A stretch of DNA of 64,000 bases from Malacoraja senta (Eukaryota): positions 56,482,001 through 56,546,000 of the forward strand of contig CM075978.1 in assembly GCA_038087875.1 (NCBI GenBank), written 5' to 3'. Position 1 is the first letter of the stretch. Each line of letters starts with the position of its first letter. The translations under genes and the position numbers were made by a program. Below are positions 35,117 to 48,614 of the stretch, piece by piece. Under the pieces are notes generated by a model. It was not told where the DNA came from. It made no database searches and saw nothing but the letters and a program-made list of their open reading frames with translations.

Positions 35117-37275
35117 GATTCATTGTCGCATTTCAAGGTGGTGCCCTGTTCGTTGTCTATTCCTCAACAACCTCAGAGAGGCAGCTGAGCAGCCAATCTA
35201 TGGGCCGTGCGTGCACAATTTGCATTCCCTGCCTCACACCAACGCTTGGTTGATAAACGACAAGAACGCTGGATTGAGACGGTTGAATCGATCGACTTCA
35301 CCCACTCGAGCCGTAATGCAACCGCCTGATCGGCAGAGCTATATCCAAACCCAACAACTGCCCAGTGACCGTCAACGCAATCGCATCTCAACTAGTCAAC
35401 AATGGTCGATTCACAAACTCTGACCGTGATTTCTCGCGTGAAGTGAGCAAAGAGGTGGCCGAGTCATGGAAAACTGACAGAGTGGATACGGACCTAACAA
35501 TGGCTTTCACCTCCGAGGAAATGGCTACGGCACTCAAGATGTTGAAAGCAGGAAAGGCCCCGGATCTGACAGCATACACCCGGAGTTTCTACTACATTCT
35601 GGAGACGCTGCTACCAACTGGATCTCCATGGAGAAGTGCAAAATACCAAAGATCTGGCGTCGTGCAAGTCATCGCTCTTCCGAAGCCGAACAAGTCAAAG
35701 AATGATCCTAAAAGCTACTGGCCCATCTCGCTCCTCTGCATCCAATACAAACTCCTTGAGAGGCTGATCCAAGGGCGTATCAACCCCATCATAGACCGTC
35801 AACTACCCCACGAGCAGGCTGGTTTCTGCCAAGGTCGATCTACTGCGGACCAGGTAACCTTCCTCACTCAAGACATCGAGGACTGCTTTGAGGCAAATGA
35901 GAAGGCAGGAGCTGTTCTTATAGATCTGACAGCTACCTATGACACCGTGTGGCACCGGGGACTAACTGCAAAGCTACTTCGGGTGCTGCCAGACAGGCAC
36001 ATGGTACGCTACATCATGGAGCTGATATCAAACCGCTGCTTTGTGCTTAAGACCAGTGATGTACAACAGAATAGGCTACGTAGACGGAAGAATGGCGTCC
36101 CACAGGGATCCGTCTTGGCTCTGCTGCTTTTCAACGTGTACATCAATGACCTCCCAGAGACCATCGCTGGAAAATATGGGTATGCTGACGATCTAGCCAT
36201 CCTGATGAGACACAGAGTGGAAGACAATCGAAAGCTCCTTGAGTCAAGACATGGAGACGTTGGCAGTATACCTACGACAGTGACATCTAAAGCTGAGCGA
36301 AGGCAAAACAGTGTCAACAGCATTCCATCTAAACAACAAGGAAGCTAAGCGAGAGCTAGCTGTCTTCGTTAACAACAGGCGCTTGGACTTCCAACAAACA
36401 CCCACTTACCTCGGCGTAAAGCTGGACAAGTCACTTACATTTCTTCAACACCTGGCTGGGCTCCACGACAAGATCATGGCACGTAGCGGCTTCATCCAAC
36501 GCCTGGCAGAAACAATTTGGGGAGCCAGTCCATCAACTTCGCACTGCTGCCTTAGCTCTTGTGTATGCCCCAGCTGAGTACTGCGCACTCGTATGGAGTA
36601 GAAGTAGACATACTAGCCTGGTAGACACGAGCCTAAACAGTACCTTGCGGACCATCACTGGGTGCCTTCAAACTATTCCAGTCGAGCAGCTCCCTATACT
36701 TGCAGGCATTCCGCCTGCAGGGATCCGAAGGCAAGCAGCAACTCTGCACTATCTCGTCGTGCCATGGACCCAGATCACCTCATCCATCAGGCTATCAGCA
36801 GAGAGCAGAGGCCACCCAGACTGAAGTCCCGTCACCCCTTTGCTCCACATGGAAAACAACTCCTAGCATCCATCCAGCCAACTGAGACAAAAGCACGTTG
36901 GATAGTCACCAAGTGGTCACCCCAGTGGAAGGCAACCTCATCTCCATTACACAGCTACATCTCTTCACCAGATAAAAGCTGTCCAGGGTCTGACCTCCCC
37001 AGAGGAGCATGGGTGAAGCTCAACAGACTTCTTACTGGAGTTGAGCATTTCAATGCCAGCATGTGGAGATGGGGACTCCACCAGAGCCCAGCCTGTGAAT
37101 GCGGAGCAGAACAACAGACAGCCAACCATGTCATCTCTGGGTGCCCGCTCCACCACCCAGCAAATGGTGCTCAGGGCCTGGCAGACATTGACGCAGAGAA
37201 AACAACCTGGCTGCTCAACACCCGGCTTGAGACCTAACTATTCCTTTGGTTTATGTTTCATTCGCAAGAAGAAGA
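35117..37275 (+). mobile_element. Vingi (Ingi-related) non-LTR retrotransposon, 5'-truncated and frameshifted
   Basis: RT EQAGF..GRST, DLTATYDTVW, GVPQGSVLA, YADDLAI; LGVKLDKSLTF; AEYCALVW; C-terminal CECGAEQQTANHVISGCP zinc motif; no RNase H seen; (gaa)n tail. Confidence 0.75.
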
Positions 37276-37408
37276 GACCAACGATGCACTTGGAACACTT
37301 TCAATACCGCATAAAGGGTTTGGTTGCAAAAGGCGTAATAGAAATGGAAGGCTTTAGTATGCATTGTCCCATCAGAAAAAAACATAACATTGATCTATGC
37401 TGTGACGT

Positions 37409-37697
37409 TTAGACTTGAGATACAGCGCAGCAACAGGCCCTTCAACCCACCGAGTCCATGCCGACCAGTGATCACGCTATACACTAACACTATCCCATAC
37501 ACTAAAGACAATTTATAATTTTACTGAAGCCAATTACCCTACAAACCTGTACATCTTTGGAATGTGGGAGGAAACTGGAAAAGCCACGCGGTCACAGACA
37601 GAACATACCAACTCCACACAGACAGCATCCGTAGTTGGGATAAAAACCTGGGTCTCTGGAGCTGTAAAGCAGAAAATCTGTGCCACTGTGCCTCCAC
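37409..37697 (-). mobile_element. HE1-like SINE
   Basis: ttgagatacagcg..aacaggcccttc...ccaattaccctacaaacctgtacatctttgg...tgccactgtgcc. Confidence 0.85.
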
Positions 37698-38356
37698 TGC
37701 AATTGATTTACTTGTATCCAGTGTTTGGTTTTAAAAATCTGAAATAAATGATAGTAAATTTGTTATTAATTCTTGGGACGTGGGCTTCACAGGCTGAGCC
37801 AACATCTACTGGCCCATCTCTAGTTGCCCTGCAGAAGGTGGTGGTGAGTTGCCTTCTTAACCACTGCAGTCGAGGTGCGGTTTATGCACAATGCTGTTGG
37901 GGTGGAGTTCCAGGATTTTAAGCCAGAAACATTAGATACTAAATATATTAATTATGTAGACATCTTTTTATGTCATTTCCATCACTTGGAAAAGCCACAT
38001 AAATTGAAAGTGAACAAAATGAATGGTTGAAAACTTTCTATGGCAGTTAAAAACTGGGATGCTGGGGGGACACAAGAAGCAGAAAAAGCAGTGAGTTTGG
38101 TCACAGTTGAATGCAGAGCTGTGATTCAGTGAAGTGCGGATAAACAACACCAGCCATCCGGCAGCTGTGGAGAGAACAGTCAACATTTCAGAACTCAGTG
38201 AAGTGCGTGGCCTGAAACATTAACCTAACTCTCCCCCAGAACAGGCACCCACAGATCCAGCATTTTCTGTGTTGATAATAAAACTACACATTGTCTAAAT
38301 TGGAACACTTTTCTAATTCAGAAACCGTGAGAAATTTTTGGGTAACAGCTAGATTC

Positions 38357-38369
38357 TGCCATCTAGTGG
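38357..38369 (-). promoter_or_regulatory. Candidate CTCF-binding motif
   Basis: Minus strand CCACTAGATGGCA, a close match to the CTCF core consensus, in apparently non-repetitive intergenic DNA. Confidence 0.45.
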
Positions 38370-38939
38370 GGACCAGAAAATAATTTTCAATCCACACAAA
38401 ACACGTTAAAACTGAGGTTATGATTAAATTAACTGTTTTCATTCGTCCATGATAAAAAAAATTTAAAGGGCCAACTAAGTTAACTGCAGTTTATAGAGAG
38501 CGTGCGGAACAGGGGCCCAGGGAGTTTACAGGGAGAGAGGAACAGGGGCCCAGTGAGTTTACAAGGGTGTGGGGAATGGCTCCCCGATGACTAGAAGCCG
38601 AACCATTGAGATTTCTGAACAATGGGAGAGTGGATTATCAGAGGTTTACTGTGGCTTGTTGACATCTCTGGCAGCATCATCATTCAGATAACGATTGCTC
38701 TAGATGCCCCACCATTCAATATGATCACAGCTAATCTCCCAAAGCCTCATTCCCTCCTCTATGTTAGACCCACAGAGGCATCAATACCCTAGTTTTTTTT
38801 TAAAATGTATCTATCTCCTTTTTAAATAGTACTTCTAATCATTCGGCCTCTACAACTCTCCAGGACAGAAAATTCTGGAGATTCATCCTGTCTGAGAGAA
38901 GAGACTTCACACACTTCACTTTAAATGACCACTTCTTGT

Positions 38940-40952
38940 CCGCTGGATTTCATTAAGAAATGTGTGGAGGACTGCATCCCTACAAAAACCTTCCGAGTGT
39001 TTCCCAATCAGAAACCTTGGATGAACTTTGAGCTCCTCTCTCTCCTGAAGACCAGACACCAGGCCTTCATGTCTGATGATACAGTGGTCTACAAGAAGTC
39101 CAGATACGACCTTGGTAAGGCCATCAAAAAGGCCAAAAGGGACCTGCTCCAAACTGGAGGAAGAAACAGATGTTCGGCGGCTGTGGCAGGGCCTGAATGC
39201 AATCACCTCTTACAAGGCGAAATCAGGAGGCAGCTCGAATGTCGGCGAAACATCACTCCCTGATGAGCTCAATGCGTTTTACGCACGCTTTGATAGGGAG
39301 AACACCGATGTGCCTTCCCGAGCCCCCATTCGCTGTGATGGTATTTCAGTCTCAGTCACAGAGGCCGACGTCAGGAAATCCTTCAGAGGGGTGAACCCTC
39401 GAAAAGCTCCTGGACCTGATGGTATACCTGGTCGTGTTCTAAAAACCTGTGCGGACCAACTGGCTGGAATTTTTACGGACATTTTCAACCTCTCACTTCT
39501 GAGGTCTGAGGTTCCCACCTGCTTCAAAAGGGCATCAATTATACCAGTGCCCAAGAAGAGTAAGGTGAAGTGCCTCAATGACTATCGACCTGTGGCACTA
39601 ATGCCTGTGGTGATGAAGTGCTTTGAGATGTTGATCATGGCGCAGATCAACTCCTACCTCGACAAAAACCTGGACCCACTGCAGTTCGCTTACCGCCACA
39701 ACAGATCAACGGTGGATGCGATCTCGCTGGCCCTCCACTCCGCTCTGGACCACTTGGACAACAAAATCTCATATGTCAGGCTGTTATTCATCGATTACAG
39801 CTCGGCATTTAATACAATCATCCCATCCAAGCTGGTTACCAAACTCGCAGAACTGGGTCTCTGCGCATCCCTCTGCAATTGGATCCTCAACTTCCTCACT
39901 CTCACACCAGTCTGTTCGTATTGGTGGAAATGTGTCAGACTCGATAACAATCAGCACGGGAGCACCTCAAGGCTGCTTGCTCAGCCCCCTGCTGTACTCA
40001 CTCTATACTCATGACTGCGTAGCCGGTCATAGTGCGAACTCCATCATCAAGTTCGCTGACGACACCACTGTTGTGGGACGTATCACTGATGGGGATGAGT
40101 CAGAGTATAGAAGAGAGATCGAGCAACTGTCCATATGGTGCCAGCACAATAACCTGACCCTCAACACCAGCAAAACCAAGGAACTGATTGTGGACTTTGG
40201 AAGGAGTAGGATGGGGACCCACAGTCCCATTTATATCAACGGGTCGATGGTTGAAAGGGTCAAGAGCTTCAAATTCCTGGGCGTGCACATCTCTGAAGAT
40301 CTTTCCTGGTCCGAGAACACTGATGCCATTATTTAGAAAGCACATCAGCGCCTCTACTTCCTGAGAAGATTACGGAGAGTCGGTTTGTCAAGGAGGACTC
40401 TCTCTAACTTCTACAGGTGCACAGTAGAGAGCATGCTGACCGGTTGCATCGTGGCTTGGTTCGGCAACATGAGCGCCCTGGAGTGGAAAAAACTACAAAA
40501 AGTAGTAAACACTGCCCAGTCCATCATCAGCTCTGACCTCCCTTCCATCGAGGGGATCTATCGCAGTCGCTGCCTCAAAAAGGCTGGCAGTATCATCAAG
40601 GACCCACACCATCCTGGCCACACACTCATCTCCCTGCTATCTTCAGGTAGAAGGTACAGGAGCCTGAAGACTGCAACGACCAGGTTCAGGAATAGCTACT
40701 TCCCCACAGCCATCAGGCTATTAAACCTGGCTCGGACAAAACTCTGAACTTTAATAGCCCATTAACTGTTATTTGCACTTTATCAGTTTATTTATTCATG
40801 TGTGTATATATTTATAGAATGGTATATGGACACACTGATCTGTTTTGTAGTCAATTTCTACTATGTTCTGTTGTGCTGAAGCAAAGCAAGAATTTCATTG
40901 TCCTATCAGGGACACATGACAATAAACTCACTTGAACTGGAACTTGAACTTG
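38940..40952 (+). mobile_element. Rex1/Babar-type LINE, 5'-truncated
   Basis: ORFs 39076-40014, 39716-40336 and 40385-40747 with KAPGPDGIPGR, FIDYSSAFNT, KFADDTTVVG; (acttga)n tail. Confidence 0.93.
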
Positions 40953-41039
40953 GATTGAGACCCTTCCAGCAGATACATATCAACCCGTTTCCACTGGTGG
41001 AAGTCTCATCATTTTGATTCCATCCGATTTCCCCTTGTC

Positions 41040-43028
41040 AATAGACATATACAATAGGTGCTCCTGCGACCCTCATTCGGCCCTTCGAGCCAGCACCGCC
41101 ATTCAATGTGATCATGGCTGACCATCCACAATCAGTACCCCGTTCCTGCCTTCTCCCCATATCCTCTGACTCCACTATCTTTGAGAGCCCTATCAAACTC
41201 TCTCTTGAAAGTATCCAGAGAACCGGCCTCCACGGCCCTCCGAGGCAGAGAATGTCACAGACTCACAACTCTGTGTGAAAAAGTGTTTCCTCATCTCCGT
41301 TCTAAATGCCTTACCCCTTATTCTTAAACTGTGGCCCCTGGTTCTGGACACCACCAACATCGGGAACATGTTTCCTGCTTCTAGCGTGTCCAAACCCTTA
41401 ATAATCTTAAATGTTTCAATTAGATCCCCTCTCATCCTTCTAAATTCCAGAGTATAGAAGCCCAGCCGCTCCATCCTCTCAGCATATGACAGTCCCGTCA
41501 TCCCGGGAATTAACCTTGTGAACCTATGCTGCACTCCCTCAATAGCAAGAATGTCCTTCCTCAGATTAGGGGACCATAACTGCACACAATACTCCAGGTG
41601 TGGTCTCACTAGAGCCCTGTACAACTGCAGAAGGACCTCTTTGCTCCTATACTCAAATTCTCTTGTTATGAAGACCAACATGCCATTTGCTTTCTTCACT
41701 GCCTGCTGTACCTGCATGCTTACTTTCGTTGACTGATGAACAAGGGCCCCCAGATCCCGTTGTACTTCCCCTTTTCCCAACTTGACACCATTTAGATAAT
41801 AATCTGCCTTCCTGTTTTTGCTACCAAAGTGGATAACCTCACATTTATCCACATTAAACTGCATCTGCCATGCATCTCCCCACTCACCCAACCTGTCCAG
41901 GTCACCCTGCATTCTCATGGCATCCTCCTCACAGTTCACACTGCCACCCAGCTTTGTGTCATCTGCAAATTTGCTAATGTTATTTTGAATCCCTTCATCT
42001 AAATCATTGATGTATATTGTAAATAGCTGCGGTCCCAGCACCGAGCCTTGCGGTACCCCACTAGTCACTGCCTGTCATTCTGAAAGGGACCCGTTAATCC
42101 CTACTCTTTGTTTCCTGTCTGCCAACCAATTTTCTATCCATGTCAGCACTCTGCCCCCAATACCATGTGCCCTAATTTTGCCAAATAATCTCCTATGTGG
42201 GACCTTATGAAATGCTTTCTGAAAGTCCAGGTACATCTCCCTTGTCCATTTTACTAGTTACATCCTCAAAAAATTCCAGAAGATTAGTCGAGCATGATTT
42301 CCGCTTCGTAAATCCATGCTGACTCAGACCGAACCTGTTACTGCTATCCAAATGTGTGGCTATTTCATCTTTTATAATTGACTCCAGCATCTTCCCCACC
42401 ACGGATGTCAGGCTAACTGGTCTATAATTCTCTCTCTCCCGCCTTTCTTAAAAAGTGGGATAACAATAGCTACCCTCCAATCCACAGGAACTGATCCTGA
42501 ATCTATAGAACATTGGAAAATGATCACCAATGCGTCCACGATTTCTAGAGCCACCTCCTTAAGTACCCTGGGATGCAGACCATCAGGCCCTGGGGATTTA
42601 TCAGCCTTCAGTCCCATCAGTCTATCCAACACCATTTCCTGCCTAATGTGGATTTCCTTCAGTTCCTCCGTCACGCCAGATCCTCTGGTCACTACTATAT
42701 CAGGAAGATTGTTTGTGTCCTCCTTAGTGAAGATGGATCCAAAGTACCTGTTCAACTCATCTGCCATTTCCTTGTTCCTCATAATAAATTCACCTTTTTC
42801 AGTCTTCAAGGGTCCAACTTTGATCTTAACTAATTTTTTTCTCTTCACATACCTAAAGAAGCTTTTACTATCCCCCTTTGTATTCTTGGCTAGCTTACCT
42901 TTGTACCTCATCTTTTCTCCCTGTATTGCCTTTTTAGTTATCTTCTGTTGCTCTTTAAACATTACCCAATCCTCTGGCTTCCCGCTCATCTTTGCTATGT
43001 TGTACTTCTCTTTTATTTTTATACTGTC
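41040..43028 (-). mobile_element. CR1 LINE ORF2 fragment
   Basis: ORFs 42408-42989, 42205-42402 and 41193-42068 (KSPGPDGLHPRVLKE, GVPQGSVLGP, KFADD); CR1 tail at ~41040. Confidence 0.95.
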
Positions 43029-43600
43029 TTATAAATTTCCGGGCTCCTATTGCCTCATCTTTACCATGGGGTCCCAGTCCCTTTAAACATGCATCTTCCC
43101 CCAGGAAGGAATCAAAACCCACTGGTTCTTCCTTGAACAGAGATCCATTCAGTTTCCCTCTACTAACACTCTCCTCCACTCTCCTATGCTCCCGAGATAT
43201 TAACCACCTATACGATATGTACAATTTATGTTTTTGTGTGCTGTCCGAGTCTGTGTCTGTGATGTTGCTGCAAACAAGATTTTCGTTGTAGCTGTACCTC
43301 ACCTTCCTTGTGCATCTGACAATAAACCCAATTCAACCTGACTTGTGAATCAAGCGCACACCCCATTCCGTGGCCCTGTATGTCACCCTGTCAGTGGCAG
43401 GTTTCAATATTTAGATGAAAGTGCCAGCACTTGAAGAAATTGCAACAGAAATACAGCAAATAATTTATCTTTTGCATTTTCCTTATTTATTAGGAAATGG
43501 TTCTTTAATAAATAGCTCAATAAAAATGTGTACAAAAAGTTCATTTTTTTTAGGGCAAGAGATTTAATACTGTTCCAGCCAACCAACCATACCATCGAGG

Positions 43601-43780
43601 GAGGAACTGCAGATGCTGGTTTAAACCGAAGACAGACACAATAGGTTGGAGTAACTTAGCGGATAAGCAGCATCTCTAGAGAAAAGGAATAGCTGAAAAG
43701 GAATCAGATCTGAAGAAGGGTCTTGGCCCTTAACGCCACCTATTCCTTTTCTCCAGAGATGCTGCCTGAACAGGTGAGTT
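43601..43780. mobile_element. Penelope-terminus foldback, degenerate hammerhead core (ctgaagaagggtcttggcccttaacg)
   Basis: Inverted arms gcagcatctctagagaaaaggaatag and ctattccttttctccagagatgctgc. Confidence 0.7.
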
Positions 43781-44044
43781 GCAATTAACCATACCATTCG
43801 GTTCACACATTACTGATAATGTTGACAATGCCATGGAATTCAAGTAAGGCCCTGAATTGACTAGAAAGACGAAACGAGCTGTACAAAGTAATAACATTGA
43901 CTCATCGTGTATACACACAGCAGCCGAGGTTTTATGGCTCAATATGCTGCCGAGGTATTTACCACAAACACACAAACGCATTACCTGAAGATTAAGCAAT
44001 TTGCATGATTGTGATGTCTAACTCAAGCTGTGACAGAATATTGT

Positions 44045-44420
44045 ATGTGTATGTGTGCACATATCTGTAATTTATTAGGAGTAGCAGGGAAACAAAGTTC
44101 CTCTATTGTTATGCACTTATAAATCTATATAATACAATTGGTACCTTATGTTTTGTCCCTCTTTTGAGGGTCGCTCAGTGGCGTGTCACTGTTAGCCATT
44201 GTTTATATTTAAATGTAAGGCAATCATACAGAGTATCCCAGGAAACATCCCCACTTTTAAATGTAAACAATGGCTGACACTGCTGGGCAACCCTCAAAAG
44301 AGACAGTAAACATAAGGTACCAATTGTATGATATAGCTTTACAAGTGCATAACTATGGAGGAACCTTGTTTACCTGCAACAGTTACTAATATTAAAATAC
44401 AAATATACACACACACACAT
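44045..44420. mobile_element. Unclassified AT-rich palindromic MITE
   Basis: ~170-bp imperfect inverted arms (e.g. atacaattggtaccttatgttt and aaacataaggtaccaattgtat) around a ~35-bp spacer. Confidence 0.75.
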
Positions 44421-44699
44421 CACGTAAGGTTGCAGCATTTTGAACCAGTGTGAAGTACATGCCCCGGATGTGCATTACATGCAATGTCCAAGCCACAAGA
44501 TCACTTCAAGTAAATAGCCCACACTTGGGGAAAGAGCACGAAAGAAGATTTTGAAGAGACTTTATCTGAAAAAACCCCACCAATGTTTATGATTTGGATT
44601 CTTATGTCTGAAGGTTCAATGTTCAGCAAATCAACATCAACTTTATTGAACTTGAGCCTGTAGGGGGAAACATGGGTATTGAACTAAGAGTGATTTTTG

Positions 44700-44815
44700 A
44701 AGACACAGGAACTATAGATGCTGGTTTACAAAAGATGACAGAGTGCTGGAGTAACTCAGCGGGTCAGGCTACATCTCTGGAGAACATGGGTAGGTGATGT
44801 TTTGGGTTGAGACCC
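44700..44815 (-). mobile_element. Penelope terminus (pLTR) copy
   Basis: ggaactatagatgctgg...gtgctggagtaactcagcgggtcagg...ggtgatgttttgggttgagaccc. Confidence 0.65.
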
Positions 44816-45476
44816 TGGAGAATGCAGGGATTTTTGGATATTTATTTTAGTTAATTTTCCAAAAATTGCTGGTACAAGCACTATAAGTCTCCTTTATCAG
44901 CTGGAGTGGCCGAACGTGGGCTAGTGGGAGAAAATAGGTAACAGGAAGAAAATCGAGGAAATGGGACTCATTGATAGTCACAGAGTTATACAGCAAAACA
45001 GATCCTTTGCCCAACAAAGTCCAAACCGACCACAGTGCCTACCTGAGCTAGTCCATTTGTCTGCATTTGCCTCATATTCATATAAACCTTTCCTATCCAT
45101 CTATCGGTCCAACTGTGATGAATTTGCACCCACCTTTATCACTGGTTGACAGGATTGCTCAAGCTGACACAGACTTGTTGGGTTGAATGGTTTACACCTA
45201 CTTTGTTAGGGGAACGGAGACATTGCTGCTGGGCCATCCGCAGACTGCATTTCAGCCCGATGTTTAGACGGGAAGCTCACTGCTGCCCAAAACCCCCAGA
45301 TCAAGTCTGACACAGCATTTGCATTAATACTCACTCAACACTCTGTCACAAACCTGTGCAGTCTCTGCCTGGAAACAAAATACTGTCACAAGAACAGACA
45401 GATAGGTGGATAGAAAGGGCTTTGAGGAATAGGGGCCAAATGCAGGCAAATTGGACCAGTTTGGAATGCCATCTTG

Positions 45477-46863
45477 TAGCGTTGTTACAAATTCCTGCCA
45501 ACAGTGGTGCTCTTGATCTGCTCACTGCCTGTGCGTGCGACTCAAGAGGCTGTAGGGGTTAGTAAAATACAGGTTTTTATTGGTTGTCAAGGAGGGATTT
45601 CCTTGTAAGACAAGCTTATGAGGAAATTTCCTTCTGTCATACCGTTCGCAATTTAAAAAAATTTTTTGCTTAACTATTGATTCGCTGGGTGAAAATTGGG
45701 ACAGCTTCAATGTGTTCAAAATCACGGATCGCAAGTTCAGGACAAAACAAAATGTATGTACTGTCGGGCGTTTATTTAACATCTTATCTCGTTTTTGGTG
45801 CAATTTCATTTTAATCTGTTGATGCGAAATATGTTATTTAGGCCCCGATATCGGCCATGTCCTGCCTGCCGGCTGTGACTGTGAGTGTGCGCAAAATCAT
45901 GGCAGTGGCCACAATCCGATTTCTGTATCGTAATACACAAACATCCACTCTCAAGATAATCAAATTCATTATTTTTTGCACAATCATGTCATAAGAACAT
46001 CTAAATTATCTATGTTTTGTGTTATTGTCTTTCCATGATCAATATTTTCATACTAAATATCTGACTAAATACTTCCACAGTAAATAGTATAACAGAGTAA
46101 AATTTATGGGAATTAAACATTCAATTCCTTCAATTTGGCATAGAAATTCATGACAAAGTGAGATTTAAACCATGTTATATTGTGAATTCTTGTGTGAATG
46201 GGATCAGTTTGTTATTTGGATACTTTGGCTATTAAAACAAATATTTTTAGCCTTTTCTTAAGAATGGGATAGATGTTTCGATCTAGTAATTGAATTCAGA
46301 TAAATTTAATTGATTTGATGACACTGATGAATAAGAATTTTTTGTTGGGTATTTACTATTTGTTTTAACGTTACAATAATATCAGTTCTGATCTTGAGAA
46401 TATCACATTTTTGAATTTTCAAGGCAGTCTGGGTGTTTATTACTATTTCCGTCACAACGGTTAATTTTGTAATTAGCTACTTAATTAGGTAATTAACTAA
46501 TTATATACTTTAATTTCAGGTCATCCAAGTAAGATGTATCATATTTGTATCAGAATGCTTCAATCTATAATAACTGAAAATTTCATTCAGTTCTCTTAAT
46601 TTTTAAGAACGTTTTCATTTTTAATTTTTAAGAAAGGCTTTTATGTCAATTGACTGTCCTCGATCACAGCTTTTGTGTTAAGTTAATGGAAAAGCAATAG
46701 GGAACAAGATGCTAATTGCCGAGTATGAAAATGACCATAACTTTTTTAATACTGAAGATATGAAAGTGAATTGGGTATCAAATTAAAGTTATTTTTATGC
46801 TTTATCTGATGGGATAAATTACAGGCGTGATTTTTTAAATCACAACATTTTGTAACATTCCTA
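45477..46863. mobile_element. Non-autonomous DNA transposon with a 7-bp TSD (hATw-like), copy A
   Basis: TIRs tagcgttgttacaaa and tttgtaacattccta; TSD catcttg at 45470-45476 and 46864-46870. Confidence 0.8.
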
Positions 46864-47214
46864 CATCTTGGTTAGCATGGACACGTTGGGCAGAATGGTC
46901 TGTTTCATGCTGTGCACCTCTATAACCCTAACACGCCTTAAATTATCCTAGCCAAGCTCAGAACCTCTGAAAACCAAAGTTTTTTGTCCGCTGGAAAATG
47001 CAGTAATCGGCTTTATCCCAGGGCAGAAGGCTCACTGGAGTTTTTCCTGCTTATTTAAACATCTCTTTCATTGGAAGAAGCTGGTTTTCCAGGGTGGAAA
47101 TGAAGACTTAGCAGGTCGAGATGCATCTGCGGAGATTCAGCAGTCCTCACTGGCATGAGGCAGAGTTCAAACCTCGCTCAGAACCCAGGCTGAACCCTCC
47201 TGCAGGACTGAGGG

Positions 47215-47400
47215 ACTTTCGCATCCATTTCCCATACACTAGGGGCATGTTTTTGGGGATGTGGGAGAAAACTGGAGAAAACCCAAGTGAGAACATGCAA
47301 ACTCCTCATAGAGAGCACCCAAGGTCAGATTTGAACCTGGATTTCTTGCACTGTGAGTGCAGAGTGACGCAGCTCTATCAGCTGCGCCACTGTGCCACTC
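47215..47400 (-). mobile_element. HE1-like SINE fragment
   Basis: gatgtgggagaaaactggag...gagaacatgcaaactcc...gctgcgccactgtgcca. Confidence 0.75.
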
Positions 47401-47639
47401 TTGCTGTGCTGGAGTGAGTAAGTTGCCCAACCACAGTGATCATATCTTAAACCATTTGAAGGTGTTTGGGATGTTCTGAGATACTGAAAGGATGGGACTT
47501 TCAGTGGGACACCTCTGGATATTTCATGTTGGCCAACAATCATGAGCTTGTTCTTCACAAAGAGCTTTGAGCTTCCGTTGGTATGTACAGAAACACATCA
47601 ATGAAGGCTGTCGGAATCTCTAAAAGGGCAGAGGTAGAG

Positions 47640-48614
47640 TAGCAATGTTACAAAATTTTGAGATTTTCAAAATCGTCTGTAATTTATCCCATCAGATAAA
47701 GCATAAAAAGAAGTTTAATTTGACACCTAATTCACTTTCATATCTTCAGTATTAAAAAAGTTATGGCCATTTTCATTCTCGGAAATTAGCATCTTGTTTT
47801 TGCTTTTCCATTGACTTAACACAAAAGCTGTGATCGAGGACAGTCAAAAGCCCATAACTTTCTTAAAAATTAAGAGAACTGAAAGACATTTTCAGTTATT
47901 ATAGATTGAAGCATTCTGAAACAAATATGAAACAATCTTACTTAGATGACATGAAATTAAAGCATATAATTAGTTAGTTACCTAATTGTAGCTAATTACA
48001 AAATTCATTTACTAGATCTAAACATCTATCAATTTCTTAAGAATAGATTAACATTTTTAAATAGCCTAAGTGTCCAAATAACATTCACACAAGAATTCAC
48101 AATATAACATAATTTTTTTATCTCATTGTCATGGGCATTTAAATCATCTTGCGAGTGGGGTTTTCTGGAACGCGATAATTTGGAACATTGATTTGCGGTG
48201 AATTTAACCCCGTATCGGCATGAAAAATTCTGCCGTTAGTTTGGGGAAAAGAATCACCGTTTCGCATTAAAAAATGTGAATTAAAGGCTTCTTAAGAAGC
48301 ACTTTTATACAAAAAAATAAACTGCTTATGTTTACCTGTCCCGTGCGTGAAATCCGTCCCCGTTGTCGGCGTTGACGGCTTTCGAAGCTGATTTTAAAAT
48401 AAATCCAGCGCTGACATTGTCGATCGAATAAAATAAAAAAATACACAAAACGCCCATCGGAACGATTTTTCAGCAAACGTTTGCACTCCAACGAAATATA
48501 ATACAGGACAAGGTAGGAGGAACCTGCGTTTTAACCCCACCCCCCCTCAAAGGCACCAAAATCGCGCACATGGTCAGTGGTAGAATTGCAGCGCCGCTTA
48601 TTGTAACATACCTA
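47640..48614. mobile_element. Non-autonomous DNA transposon with a 7-bp TSD (hATw-like), copy B
   Basis: TIRs tagcaatgttacaa and ttgtaacataccta; TSD ggtagag at 47633-47639 and 48615-48621; the first ~490 bp are an inverted homologue of the right end of copy A. Confidence 0.8.
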
